Positions 1-11,294 of a stretch of 64,000 bases of DNA are shown piece by piece. The stretch lies in NCBI RefSeq assembly GCF_006345805.1, contig NC_043003.1, forward strand, positions 108,562,001 to 108,626,000. The letters are read 5' to 3'. The DNA comes from Octopus sinensis. Taxonomy: Eukaryota. The stretch's first letter is position 1, and every line of letters starts with the position of its first letter. The notes under the pieces were generated by a model. The model was not told the origin of the DNA and ran no database searches. It saw nothing but the letters and a program-made list of their open reading frames with translations. A program made the translations under genes and the position numbers.

Positions 1-58
<58 letters not shown>
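1..58. repeat. (CT)n microsatellite
   Basis: Directly visible. Confidence 0.95.
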
Positions 59-465
59 CTATCTAATTAAGGAGCACTGTGAGTTTAATAAATCGAAACC
101 AACTTCGGCAGCAACCACATCACTATCTTACCAGTCGCCAAATCTTCAAATCGCATCAGCGTTTCGGAAAATCATTCATTGAAGAATGTGGTTCGGGATT
201 TTTATCCATCGGATTAAGGCAGGATAGCCACAGCCGGAACGACTTTGATCATAAATTTGCTCGATCAAAACAGATGGGGGGGGGGGGCTAAACAACAATG
301 AAATCAAAAACTACAGTTCCAACACTTTTGATCATGAAAATCTTTCATACCTTGTTCATTTTCTCATTTAACTAAGCTTTTTTATTTTATATTTTTCTCC
401 CCATTCATCTTAATTTTCTTTCCCTGTAGCACTGTCCAACGATCTGTACTTGGGTGGCTTTAAAA

Positions 466-499
<34 letters not shown>

Positions 500-509
500 A
501 TGTACACAC

Positions 510-1290
510 ATATTTTTGGAAAATTGTTTGTTATGGTCGGTCAGAGAGTGAACATTGGTTTTGCGGTCCAAGGAAAAAAAAGGGCAATATGTATAGAACA
601 TGTAGTAACCGAATGTAAAAAAAGAATGCGCGCTGGCGAACGTGGGGTGAGGGAGAGACGACTCGGAAAATTCACGCGATCAGTCTACAAGATCCGAAAA
701 CTCAACGTTAACACCCGGTCACAAAATTTTTTTTTAAATAGTGTAATAGGTGTAAAACATGTAGTAAACGAATATGAAAAAAAAACAAAAACAATGCGCG
801 CTGGCGAACGGGGGGGGGGAGGGGAAATCCTCTGAAAATTCAACGTTAAGACCCGGTCACAAAAGTGGGAGGAAAATAGTGTGCTGGGTGTAAAATAATG
901 TTTAGTAAACGAAGATGAAGAAAATAAATTCGCCGACTGACGGGGAAGTGGTAAGAAGACTCGGAACATTCTCGATGTGAATTTTCCGAGTCCTCTCCTC
1001 CGGCCCACATTCGCCAGCGCGCATTTCTTTTTTCATATTCGTCTGCTTACGTGTTGTTCTACACTTCTTGCACTATTAAAATTTTTTTCCTTTTTGCTCG
1101 GATCAAACACTTTAGTTTGACCTGTTTTGCACCCATAAATCTCTACGTCGTATAGGCGACTCGTCAAACTGAAATGGTTGCAGGCACAAAACTGTGCCTC
1201 CGACCGTTTGAGTCTGACGTGTCTCTGATATGTACGAAATCGATGGTCACTCTCTAATCGACCATGAGGAACAACCTTCAAAAAATATAT
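510..1290. mobile_element. Degenerate fold-back/MITE-like element built from internal ~140-165 bp repeats
   Basis: Degenerate terminal inverted repeats at about 510-540 and 1259-1290. Direct units containing ATGCGCGCTGGCGAA at ~626 and ~794, and an inverted unit at ~976-1087. Confidence 0.45.
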
Positions 1291-1359
1291 CACTGCTCTA
1301 ATGTTTTAGAGTGTGCTTCTTTTTTCAGATATATGAACTATTGACGATATATAGTTTAG

Positions 1360-1361
1360 CA

Positions 1362-1395
<34 letters not shown>

Positions 1396-1589
1396 CATAC
1401 ATACATACATACATACATACATACATACATACATACATACATACATACATACATACATACATACACATACATACATACATACATACATACATACATACAT
1501 ACATACATACATACATACATACATACACACATACATACACACATATACATACATACATACACACATACATACACACATACATACATATA
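1360..1589. repeat. (ATAC)n microsatellite
   Basis: Directly visible; explains the MYVC/YIHT ORFs. Confidence 0.95.
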
Positions 1590-1748
1590 TGCTTTCGGTG
1601 CGAATGTTTTTTTTTATGCGACGGATAGGAAAGTCTTCTTTTTTTCTGTCAAGGGCTTACATGTCCCTTTATTAGACTATTTTCCTTAGTCATTGCATGG
1701 TGATCACCATAAGCTTTAAGCTTCTATTAGAATACCATATATATATAT

Positions 1749-1795
<47 letters not shown>

Positions 1796-1796
<1 letters not shown>

Positions 1797-2990
1797 AATT
1801 GAGATAGGGGTTGTAAATGCAACCCTCCATGGGATAACATATATCCAATATACTGCTAGTGAAGTACCCAACAAAGTTAATACATAAATGTTAAGAATTG
1901 CGATGCAATTAATTCATTTACTGTATTATATGGGCAAAGGTAAAATGTTTTACCACAAATTCATAATACAAAATAAGAAAATGGAGAAATACATCTAAAT
2001 CAAATACCAACTACCAGATAATAGTCAATCACATACTTTATTAAACCACCACATAAGAAACTTTAAGGTCAAACATAATAATATAGAACAAAACAGAGTA
2101 CATGAAGGAGTAATATGATACAATAAGTACAATATGTATAAGAGAATATAAATAAATATAAATATAAACTACATCTTACAGCTGTTTCGTCCATGCAGAT
2201 ATGGATGTCTCATTTTACTTATATTAGCCATGTGTGATAGGTCAATATGTAATTATAAATGAGACATTTACAAAAATATCCCAAGGCCTCTTCGGAGATT
2301 ATGAAATACAAACCAAATTAAATATACACCCATATAAGTGTGGGTACATACCCATAATATATCATATACACATACATGTGAGTGCATATACTCATACTCC
2401 TATACATATATATATACATATACATAATAATATAAATAATATAACTCAATAAACATACATATGTTCCACATTCAATGTTGCAGTTTTTCAACTTAATATT
2501 GTGATATTACAATGTAGAAAACATACACATTTTAATACCCAAATGCAGATATACAGAGTCAAGAGTACATTATATTATTTTATATTAATTTACAAAATGT
2601 CATTAATGTTAACATCATTACCATTATCATTACCACTAATGCTACCAATATCATTATTCTTATTATTAATAACACTAATACTAGCAAAACAATATAAAGA
2701 TCACATAATTAGCAACATAATAGCAAACCAAGAACAACAATAGTACTACAGTACCATGCAAAGAATTAAATATATGCATATACATACAAAATGAAAAATA
2801 AAAGCATTTGGTTTACATGATATTAAGTTCTACAGGTGTATAGATGTACATACGAGTGCAATTTATAATTTTTGACTTATTATGTTTGACCTTAAAGTTT
2901 CTTATGTGGTGGTTTAATAAAGTATGTGATTGACTATTATCTGGTTGTTGATATTTGATTTAGATGTATTTCTCCATTTTCTTATTTGTA
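1796..2990 (-). mobile_element. Non-coding Penelope-like fragment with inverted pLTR segments, between (TA)n tracts
   Basis: ~114-bp inverted repeat at 1968-2081 / 2877-2990, an internal hammerhead motif, and (TA)n on both sides. Confidence 0.55.
2173..2299 (-). ncRNA. Minimal type-I hammerhead ribozyme motif (variant core CCGAAGA, long stem II)
   Basis: Minus strand reads AUCU-CCGAAGA-[~100-nt hairpin incl. AUGUCUCAUUU/AAAUGAGACAU]-GAAAC-AGCU-GUA-AGAU. Confidence 0.65.
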
Positions 2991-3150
2991 TATATATATA
3001 TATATATATATATACATGTGTATATATATATGTGTGTGTATGTATATATATATATATATACATGTATATATATATATATGTGTGTGTGTATGTGTGTGTA
3101 TGTGTGTGTGTATATATATATATACATATATATGTATATATATATATACA

Positions 3151-3203
<53 letters not shown>

Positions 3204-3213
3204 TATATATATA
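2989..3213. repeat. Compound (TA)n/(TG)n microsatellite
   Basis: Directly visible; explains the YIYI ORFs. Confidence 0.95.
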
Positions 3214-3243
3214 AGGCGTTTTTCTCCTGAAAGAGGATGAAAC

Positions 3244-3826
3244 TGTAGTGATCCTATACAACAGCGCGTGCGCGCAACGCCCTCTCGCGAATACACGAAG
3301 TCCGGAAGAGGGAATTTTGCTGACGTGGCCTTAGCTTATTTAGGCGAAGGGAGCGCGAGTCTTAACAAAGAGGCAAGGGAGCGCGAGCCTTAACAAAGAG
3401 GCAAGGGAGCGTAAAGCGTTGACCATTGGCGTCCGGCAGACAGCGGCAGGCTTTTAATAGAAGCAGACGTTTAATTCGCTCTCTCTCCGGTTTTGATAGC
3501 AGCAGTCTTTTGGCCGAAGACTTTTAACCTGAATTGTTGCAGACAACATCATCTTCTTCCTCCGGAGCCATTTTTGACCCGTTCTGTTTTTAGCGGCTGA
3601 ACATTGTAAATATTACAATCGATTAACTTTCAGCCTTGCGCGCCCAGAACCAAGGATATCAGATATACCACTGATCTCTCACCATAAAACAATAAAGTAT
3701 ATCTATTTTTTACGTCTGCGTTTTGTGTTTCTTTGACTGGTAGAGTCTGGATATAAAAGCAACGGAAAGTGATTGCTTCTCGCACCCCCCCAAAAGGTCC
3801 GGAGAAGATATTCACATTTCCTTACA
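3244..3826 (+). repeat. 5' LTR of the Gypsy element
   Basis: Starts TGTAG, ends TTACA one base before the PBS. Internal ~28-bp tandem repeats at ~3348-3410; AATAAA at 3691. No second LTR, so the start is inferred. Confidence 0.7.
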
Positions 3827-3827
3827 G

Positions 3828-3869
3828 TGGTGACCCCGACGTGATTCGAACACGCAGCCTTCTGATCTG
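3828..3869 (+). other. Primer-binding site complementary to the 3' half of tRNA-Trp(CCA), 42 nt
   Basis: TGGTGACCCCGACGTGATTCGAACACGCAGCCTTCTGATCTG is the reverse complement of metazoan tRNA-Trp from the anticodon to the CCA end. Confidence 0.9.
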
Positions 3870-4111
3870 CTGGACGCTGGTGGTCAACGTCTTCGGCCTC
3901 AATTGAGGGGCTTTCTAAACTAATAGAAACCCTCACTAAAAGGATGGACGCGATGTGTCGCGATGGTAAGCGATCTTCAAAATCGCGGAGTCGCAGTCGT
4001 TCATCCTCGAGATCAACACAGTGTAAGTCTGGACTGTGTTGGTACCACTCCAAGTATAGAGAGAATGCACATAGGTGCACACAGCCATGCACTTATAAGT
4101 CTTTAAACTAG
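3869..4111 (+). pseudogene. gag: C-terminal remnant of Gag (RS-rich tract plus CHCC zinc knuckle)
   Basis: Open frame ...SKSRSRSRSSSRSTQCKSGLCWYHSKYRENAHRCTQPCTYKSLN*; C-X2-H-X9-C-X3-C at 4037-4090; capsid part absent. Confidence 0.8.
4102..4108 (+). promoter_or_regulatory. -1 ribosomal frameshift slippery heptamer T TTA AAC (gag-pol)
   Basis: XXXYYYZ heptamer directly before the gag TAG (4109-4111); the -1 frame is the open pol frame. Confidence 0.75.
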
Positions 4112-4122
4112 ATTCGGAGAAT

Positions 4123-5607
4123 TTGAGCACGTCAACTTCCTCCACAACATTTTCTGGTTATCGTGCATTCTTTGTTAAAGATCTAGTGTCGAAGAAAAAC
4201 TTCATGGTGGACACTGGTTCTTGTTGCAGTATTTGGCCACTGCGTTGCACAACCGACAGGCCAAAACGATCTAACGTCATCTTGCACGCTATTGACTCGT
4301 CACCAATAGCCACATTCGGTCAGATCTCGTTGCGCCTTGATATTGGTCTTCGACGAGACTTTCAATGGGTTTTTGTCATTGCCGACATTCCGCATCCTAT
4401 TTTAGGTGCGGATTTTCTGGATAAATTTGATTTGTTGGTAGATGTCAGACGTCGGAGGTTGGTCGATAGTTCGACTACACTCTCCACGCCGACCGGAGAA
4501 TCTACCAATTTAGCTCTTAGCCCGACATTTTTTGTCGGTACATCTGGAGATGTTTTTCACTCTCTTTTAGCTTCTTTTCCAGAGCTATATGATGTTACCT
4601 TTAGGGTGGCTAAGCCATTACACTCGACACGACACTTTATAACAACAACTGGACCTCCTGTTTTTTCACGTCCAAGGCGTCTTGCACCTGATCGACTTAA
4701 AACTGCTAGGGCTGAGTTTGAGCATATGCTCCAGCTCGGTCTGATACGCCCCTCCACCAGTCCATGGGCATCTCCCCTTCATTTAGTAAGAAAAGGGGAT
4801 ACAGATTTTCGCCCGGTGGGAGATTATCGGCGTCTAAATTCGGTGACGATTCCGGACAAATATCCCATAAGGATTTTAAACGATTTTTCGGCAAATTTAC
4901 ATGGCTGTACTATTTTTTCTAAGGTTGACCTCATACGTGCCTACCATCAAATACCGGTCAACTCAGACGATATTCCTAAAACAGCAATTACTACTCCTTT
5001 TGGCTGTTTCGAATTTTTATTTATGAGTTTTGGTTTGAGGAATGCCACTAGTACTTTCCAACGGTTTATAGATGAAGTTGTTCGCGGACTTGATTTTGTG
5101 TTCGCGTATGTCGATGATATTCTAATCGCAAGTGATACGCATGAAAATCATCTCCTGCACTTGTCTCAGCTTTTTCAGCGTCTTCGCGACTATGGTGTTC
5201 GCATTAATCCAGACAAGTGTGTTTTTGGGCAACCATCTCTAAATTTTCTCGGTCATTATATTGACTCGAGAGGAATCAAACCACTCTCATCCAAAGTCGA
5301 TGCTATTCAGCGCATCGCACCACCTTCTTCTTTACGTCAACTTCGCCATTTTTTAGGCATAGTTAATTTCTATAGACGTTTCATAGATCGGTGTGCGGAC
5401 AAGTTGTTACCTTTAACACAGATGCTAAAGGGCAATTCCAAAAAGGACGCCCGTCTTACTCTTTCGGCTGAAGCACTATCTGCCTTTAATTTAGTTAAAA
5501 AGGAACTAGCTTCAGTCCCTATTTTGGCACATCCGGCTCCTAATGCTCCACTTTATCTGTGGACGCATCAGAGTCTGCAATTGGCGCTGTTTTGCAGCAC
5601 ACCGTAG
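4123..5607 (+). CDS. pol: Gypsy Pol part 1: aspartic protease and reverse transcriptase
   Basis: VDTGS protease motif, [26 protein letters not shown]. The frame is broken at about 5555-5560. Confidence 0.9.
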   Translation: MSTSTSSTTFSGYRAFFVKDLVSKKNFMVDTGSCCSIWPLRCTTDRPKRSNVILHAIDSSPIATFGQISLRLDIGLRRDFQWVFVIADIPHPILGADFLDKFDLLVDVRRRRLVDSSTTLSTPTGESTNLALSPTFFVGTSGDVFHSLLASFPELYDVTFRVAKPLHSTRHFITTTGPPVFSRPRRLAPDRLKTARAEFEHMLQLGLIRPSTSPWASPLHLVRKGDTDFRPVGDYRRLNSVTIPDKYPIRILNDFSANLHGCTIFSKVDLIRAYHQIPVNSDDIPKTAITTPFGCFEFLFMSFGLRNATSTFQRFIDEVVRGLDFVFAYVDDILIASDTHENHLLHLSQLFQRLRDYGVRINPDKCVFGQPSLNFLGHYIDSRGIKPLSSKVDAIQRIAPPSSLRQLRHFLGIVNFYRRFIDRCADKLLPLTQMLKGNSKKDARLTLSAEALSAFNLVKKELASVPILAHPAPNAPLYLWTHQSLQLALFCSTP

Positions 5608-7301
5608 AGGGTGAAGTTAAACCTTTAGCTTTCTTTTCTTGTCAGCTAAAGCCAGCTGAACGCAGATATAGTACCTTTGATCGAGAGTTACTAGCGATCT
5701 ATCTGTCAGTTCGGCATTTTCAACACCAGCTCGAGGGACGAGAGTTTGTGATTTATACTGATCACAAGCCCCTTACTTTTGCATTATCTTCTAAAACGGA
5801 TAAACTCTCTCCTCGTGCTTTCCGTCACCTGGACTATATTTCTCAATTTACAAGTGACATTAGGCATGTGCCAGGCAGTGAGAACGTCCCTGCAGATGCT
5901 CTCTCTAGACTCCCTGTCAATTCCATTTCCTCCCCTGCAGCAATTGATTTAACTGCTATTTCGCAGGATCAACCACCTTTAGAGGAGTTGGATTTAACTT
6001 CGCCTAAGTTTATTAACTGTAAGTTTGACTACCTTCCGCTCCCTACAGCGGAAGGCTCTATTCTTTGTGACGTCTCTACCGGTTCACCTAGACCATTAGT
6101 ACCTGAGAAACATCAACGTTCTGTGTTTGATGCTCTTCATTCACTGTCACATCCAGGTATCTCTGCCACAGTAAAGCTTGTTACTGCTCGGTTCTTCTGG
6201 CCCAATATGCGACGATCAATTACCTCTTGGGCACGCTCTTGTTTGAGTGCTAAAGTCCATAGACACGTTCGTGCTCCACTTGGACAATTTTCCTCTCCTG
6301 AAGCCCGTTTTCGCCATATCCACCTTGATTTGGTTGGACCATGGCCTGTGAGTCGCGGGTTCTCATACATTTTAACTTGTATTGATCGTTTTTCACGCTG
6401 GCCGGAAGCTATTCCTATAGCAGACATTTCAGCTGAAACTGTTGCGAGGGCTTTCGTATCTAATTGGATTTCGAGGTATGGTGAACCGTACAGTTTAACC
6501 ACAGATCGTGGTCGACAATTCGAGTCTGCATTGTTTCGTGAGTTATCACGAATCCTGGGGATGCATCATATACGCACCACAAGTTACCACCCCGCTTCTA
6601 ATGGGATGGTGGAGCGTTTCCATAGGCAACTTAAGGCCGCTTTGCGTGCCTCGCCGAATCCACAGTTATGGACTGAATTTCTACCGATCGTCCTGCTTGG
6701 ATGTCGGACTGCGATTAAAGCAGACCTTGGTTTTTCGTCTGCCGAGCTCTTGTATGGTACCACACTGGCATTGCCTGGTACGATGTTGGTGCCAGACAAG
6801 TCACAGTCTCTTAATTTAGAGTCTTATGTTGCTCGATTACGCAGATATTTTTCTGCCCTTCCTCCTATGGACCCTCGACACCAAAATCCTCCTTCTAGTG
6901 TGCCATCAGACCTTAATTCTTGGACGCATGTTTTTATTCGTGATGATTCTGTCAAAGGACCTCTTGTTTCTCCTTATAAAGGACCTTTTCGTGTGATTTC
7001 TCGCACGCCGAAGGTATTCAAACTCGAAATTAACGGTCGTTCGGAGACCGTCTCCGTAGATCGTCTTAAAAGGGCATATTTTGAGGTGTCCACATCTTTT
7101 AATGACCCCACTGCCACAACCATCGTTGAACCTTCACATGCACCTTTGACAACACCACTATTTACACATGCACCATTATCAACACCAACATCGACAACAC
7201 CACCTTCGTCGTCGCAGCCTGCCTCGAACAGACCTTATGTTACGAGGTCAGGCAGAACTGTTCACTGGCCGAAAAAACTTTCCAAAACTATTTATATTTG
7301 A
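5559..7301 (+). CDS. pol: Gypsy Pol part 2: RNase H and integrase (after a frameshift lesion)
   Basis: [46 protein letters not shown] and a GPF motif. The second Cys of the HHCC motif is missing ([11 protein letters not shown]). Confidence 0.9.
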   Translation: MDASESAIGAVLQHTVEGEVKPLAFFSCQLKPAERRYSTFDRELLAIYLSVRHFQHQLEGREFVIYTDHKPLTFALSSKTDKLSPRAFRHLDYISQFTSDIRHVPGSENVPADALSRLPVNSISSPAAIDLTAISQDQPPLEELDLTSPKFINCKFDYLPLPTAEGSILCDVSTGSPRPLVPEKHQRSVFDALHSLSHPGISATVKLVTARFFWPNMRRSITSWARSCLSAKVHRHVRAPLGQFSSPEARFRHIHLDLVGPWPVSRGFSYILTCIDRFSRWPEAIPIADISAETVARAFVSNWISRYGEPYSLTTDRGRQFESALFRELSRILGMHHIRTTSYHPASNGMVERFHRQLKAALRASPNPQLWTEFLPIVLLGCRTAIKADLGFSSAELLYGTTLALPGTMLVPDKSQSLNLESYVARLRRYFSALPPMDPRHQNPPSSVPSDLNSWTHVFIRDDSVKGPLVSPYKGPFRVISRTPKVFKLEINGRSETVSVDRLKRAYFEVSTSFNDPTATTIVEPSHAPLTTPLFTHAPLSTPTSTTPPSSSQPASNRPYVTRSGRTVHWPKKLSKTIYI

Positions 7302-7915
7302 CATTTTCAATTGACTTCCCAGTGACAGTTCAATACTCATTGAACTTTGCTCATTTTGAGTATTTTTTCTCTTTTTACCTTTTAGGTGAATTTTTTTGAG
7401 GATGAAAAATTTCTCACTTAGGCATAAATTACACTTCATTGCACACCTTTGCGCCGCTCCGTGTCTGTGTGTCGCTGCTTTCTCTAGAACGGTCCAGTAA
7501 ACTTTGAAAGGAGACGATTTTCATTCCTTTAATTGTCATATTATGTGGGAGTGTGTAAAGTACACTGGACATTAGCCGGCTTATGGGACCTTCCTCTCGA
7601 CGGAATTATTGTACTTCCGCCATTCCTACCGAAATAATGCCCCACCTACCAGATCGACTGGTTACTAGGCTTCACTCAATATTCTTCCAGACATTGTTTA
7701 TCGTCTCTTTTTAACCAAATCCAGTGGCTTGCCTTCTACTCTGTAGCCTGGACATCGCTCATGATGGTATTTGCTTTACAAACGTATCAAATTTATTGCC
7801 CCGAAGATTGAAAAAACGAATAACCTTAATCGATTTTCGACCATTATTGGACACTCGTCTGAGACCTTTCAGGGAACTGAGGAACATAGTTCTGTGTAGC
7901 GCCAGATATCGTTTT

Positions 7916-8141
7916 CGGCGAGCTGGCAGAAACGTTAGCACGCCGGGCGAAATGCGTAGCCGTATTTCCTCTGCCGTTACGTTCTGAGTTCAAATTCCGC
8001 CGAGGTCGACTTTGCCTTTCATCCTTTGGGGTCGATAAATTAAGTACCAGTTACACACTGGGGTCGATATAATCGACTTAATTCGTTTGTCTGTCCTTGT
8101 TTGTCCCCTCTATGTTTAGCCCCTTGTGGGTAGTAAAGAAA
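7916..8141 (+). mobile_element. Young tRNA-derived SINE (Meta-domain-like family) with target-site duplication
   Basis: A/B-box head, core GTCGACTTTGCCTTTCATCC...GGGGTCGATAAATTAAGTACCAG, flanked by CAGATATCGTTTT at 7903-7915 and 8142-8154. Confidence 0.85.
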
Positions 8142-9289
8142 CAGATATCGTTTTATCTAGGAGTTCAAAATTCCAGCTTTTATAATACCCAGCGGAGTTT
8201 CTAGAAAGTTCGACTAGACTCTTTGGCAGGAAGATTCCATCTCACTTTGTTACACGCCAGCCGCTCTGACTGATGGAGCCATGTTCGTGGTGGAATTTAT
8301 ACCTTCTGTAACGATACAATTAATTTTTCGCAACTGGACTTGCCTTTTATGGTAGTATGGTAGTTTAAATTTCAGTAGGTGCCTCACTATAACCACAAAA
8401 CAATCTATCCAATGTTCAGTCGATTCTGCCAATCAGTTCCCTAAGTTTTCCATTTACGGAATCAGGGATGACCTAGACAGTAAAGTGCTCGACTAAATGT
8501 ATTTGGTTTACGAGATCAAATCATTCTAGAAACTATTAAATCTCAGGTCTACACTGATCGAACAGATCAGTGATATTCCAATCACGACAATCCAGTCCTT
8601 TTAGAAGTAGCTAAGATTAACATGCTTATGAAAGGTGCCTTTCTTATAAAACGGTAGAGTGTGGTTTAAGGGAGATTTGGTTGCTATTTCCAACATGTTG
8701 ATCGACCACATATAATCTATGAATAAGATAAGGCTTTCCATTTGATGTTTGAAATTGGGCTATCGACTGAAGCCTGGGATAATGCAAATCGGAATAATTT
8801 ATTTCCACTAGTACCAGGCTAAATCTTGTATGAGGAGCAAGAATGCCCAGAAAATATAGATGTCCGAGTATATACGGGGTAATGGACAGTCTATATAGAG
8901 TACTAAAGAACTAACCGAATGTTAAACGATATGTATTCGCTGATAATATATTGTCCCTTATAATCCTCCAACTATTAAATAGCTTTGGTTAATGTTGAAA
9001 TAACCCTTAAATTATGAAATAGCTTAAGCTAGTGTGAGCATATTTGATGTTGTGAACGTTAAATAATTTTTAAAATTCGCTGTGACGAAACGACAACTTT
9101 AGGTAAATGACAATTTAATCATTTCGACAAGCACGGAAGACAACTCAGGATATGTTTTGATATTATTAGACTCCCTCCTCAGCGAAGAGTGGGCTTCACT
9201 GTAGTTGTGAAAGTAGTGAAGTAGAGAGAGAGGCTTATTAAGGAGACGTACAATATGGGACAAAAGTAAGCGTAAAAAAAATAGTATAT

Positions 9290-9870
9290 TAAATCCTTAA
9301 ATCCTTAAAAATGTTTTAGCCCGAAGGCCGCGGCCATGCTGGGGCACCACCGCTGAATGAGCCACACTAGTTTGTGAATCCACCTCTGATACGTGGCACT
9401 TGATCAACAAGGGAGTTCGATGCTGCTGCCCGCATCCGTGTCTCCTGTCGTGAGGTAGGTTCATCTGGGACTCCCAACAAGAAGAGATCCAGTTTAGTTT
9501 TAAAGAAACCCACATCCACACCATGTAAGTCTCTCAGGCATTTAGGGAGGATGTTGAAAAGCTGTGGTCCTCTGAAACCCAAGCTGTTGCAGTATCTGGA
9601 CCTGTATTTTGATGGTGATGTTGGAATCCTTGGCACCACGCAGCGGCGCCCCGTTCTGCGGTTGGAGTAACTTTGAATGCCAAAGTTTGGGATAAGACCC
9701 TCCAGGATTTTCCAGATGTATATTACTGCATATCTCTCCCGCCTCCGCTCCAGGGAGAAGAGGTTTAATACCTTCAGTCTTTCCCAGTAGCTGACATTTT
9801 GCATTGAGACGATTTTCTTTGTGTAGCTTCTCTGAGTTGCTTCGAGTTCTGCTGTTTGTTTTATATTGTT
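9290..9870 (-). mobile_element. 5'-truncated CR1-group LINE (RT C-terminus and 3' UTR)
   Basis: ORF 9367-9804 SYWERLKVLNLFSLERRRERY...; short 3' tandem tail (TAAGGATT)n. Confidence 0.85.
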
Positions 9871-10337
9871 TTTAAAATATGAAAAAGTTTGATTCAGCTG
9901 CCTAAAAAAAAAGCATAACTTCAGTTAGGTACCCCACGACGACTATTCTCTTACAACTTCTTTTAAAATACCTAATTTTAAATGAAAATTTTGCCAAGTT
10001 ACGAGTGTGTACATAACAATTATTTTGATAAAGATTAAAAACAGTTTCACTCTGGGATAATTCCTCTCCTCGGCGCTGATTCCTCATATATTCCTTTCAA
10101 ACGAATCTTTTCAATGAAATTTTGCCGAGATACGTTTTCTAGGATTTAGTTTACAATTATGTTGGTATAAATTTTAAAAAACATCTTTTTATATGATTTT
10201 CATATCATCTCTGAAAACGTCACTGTAAAACTTTATTTAGAAATATACATTTTAAAGGGAGTTATAAGGAGGCAATCAGGTCGGAGAAAGGTCCAAATTT
10301 TGTCCAATATAATTTCTAAAAAAATTTATTGCCCTAA

Positions 10338-10505
10338 AGGAGTGGCTGTGTGGTAAGAAGCTTATTTCCCAACCACATAGTTCCGGGTTCAGTCCCACTG
10401 CGTGGCACCTTGGGCAAGTGTGTTCTGCTATAGCCTCAGACCGACCAAAGTAGACTGAAACTGAAAGAAACCCGTCGTGTATGCATGTATGTACACACAC
10501 ACATA
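10338..10505 (+). mobile_element. CORE-type tRNA SINE, 5' half
   Basis: AGGAGTGGCTGTGTGGTAAG...GGCACCTTGGGCAAGTG; matches the full copies at 15735-16120 and 43425-43798. Confidence 0.8.
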
Positions 10506-10508
10506 TAT

Positions 10509-10758
10509 GAGGAAAAGAAGAAAATGGAGAAAGTGACGTATTGATATCAGTTTATTCAAAAATATTCCAGTTGATATAAAATGAAATTTTTATCCCTACA
10601 GCTGTTTCCATACCCAATTAGTTCAATTAGAGACATTAAATTAAAATGAACTAATTAGGTATGGAAACGGCTGTAGGGATAAAAAATTCATTTCTATATT
10701 AACTGGAATATCTTTGAATAAACTGATGTCAATTTCTGCATTTTCTTCTTTTTTCTCA
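10509..10758. repeat. ~110-bp-arm fold-back (Penelope-like inverted pLTR pieces)
   Basis: Arms are reverse complements, each containing the hammerhead half-motif GAAAC(A/G)GCTGTA. Confidence 0.8.
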
Positions 10759-11002
10759 TTCATAAACGTTTAAATACCAAAATACGTCAATGCAAAACTA
10801 AAGTATTTAGCCTCCACTGAACACTTGTATAAACCGAAGAACTAGGATGCAAACATCCCTGAAAGGATTACAGGTTTTTGGCTTGATTATGCGTGTAGGG
10901 GTGTTTTATATTATATTAGTGGAAAAGGGACAGAAAAAAACCAAGGCAGGAGAGGAATCTCAAGTCATTTGGAATATTTAATTAGGGTAAGGTGAATTTG
11001 AA

Positions 11003-11078
11003 GTCTTACAGCTGTTTCTGGGATGTCCCAAGTGATAAGCTAGCATGTTCATATACAGGGTAAACCATCATCAGAGAC
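11003..11078 (-). ncRNA. Minimal type-I hammerhead ribozyme motif (canonical CUGAUGA core)
   Basis: Minus strand reads GUCU-CUGAUGA-UGG...CCA-GAAAC-AGCU-GUA-AGAC; stem I GUCU/AGAC; palindromic stem III. Confidence 0.75.
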
Positions 11079-11294
11079 AAGGTGAGTATGTATGATACCT
11101 GTCCTGCTTTGGTTTTTGTTGTCCTTTTTCCTCTAGTATAAAATATACCAGCTAACTCGGAAGCCTAATACTAATCCCTAGATCCAGCCTCAGCTGTGAA
11201 CCTGGAACCTAACAGACCACCAATTATAGCACTTACTCATCGTACCTATTCGTTTAGATCACCAGTGAACTAAACCACTCATTTTCTATATATA

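Larger units (their letters stand above)
3244..7860 (+). mobile_element. Ty3/Gypsy LTR retrotransposon, CsRn1/Boudicca-like lineage, defective (gag 5' deletion, pol frameshift, no 3' LTR)
   Basis: TG...CA 5' LTR, tRNA-Trp PBS, CHCC Gag knuckle, PR-RT-RH-IN domain order. The 3' boundary is uncertain. Confidence 0.9.

Noticed and set aside
1306-3296. Many ORFs of MYVC/YIHT/YIYI repeats
   Set aside because: Translations of (ATAC)n and (TA)n microsatellites.
3828-3869. tRNA-Trp gene on the minus strand
   Set aside because: Only the 3' half is present, with encoded CCA, adjacent to an LTR end; it is a PBS.
3703-6819. Antisense and alternate-frame ORFs over gag/pol
   Set aside because: Shadow ORFs of the retrotransposon with no recognisable motifs.
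10829-10880. Plus-strand CCGAAGA...GGATG-CAAA-CATCC...GAAA as a fourth hammerhead
   Set aside because: No convincing stem III or stem I pairing after GAAA.
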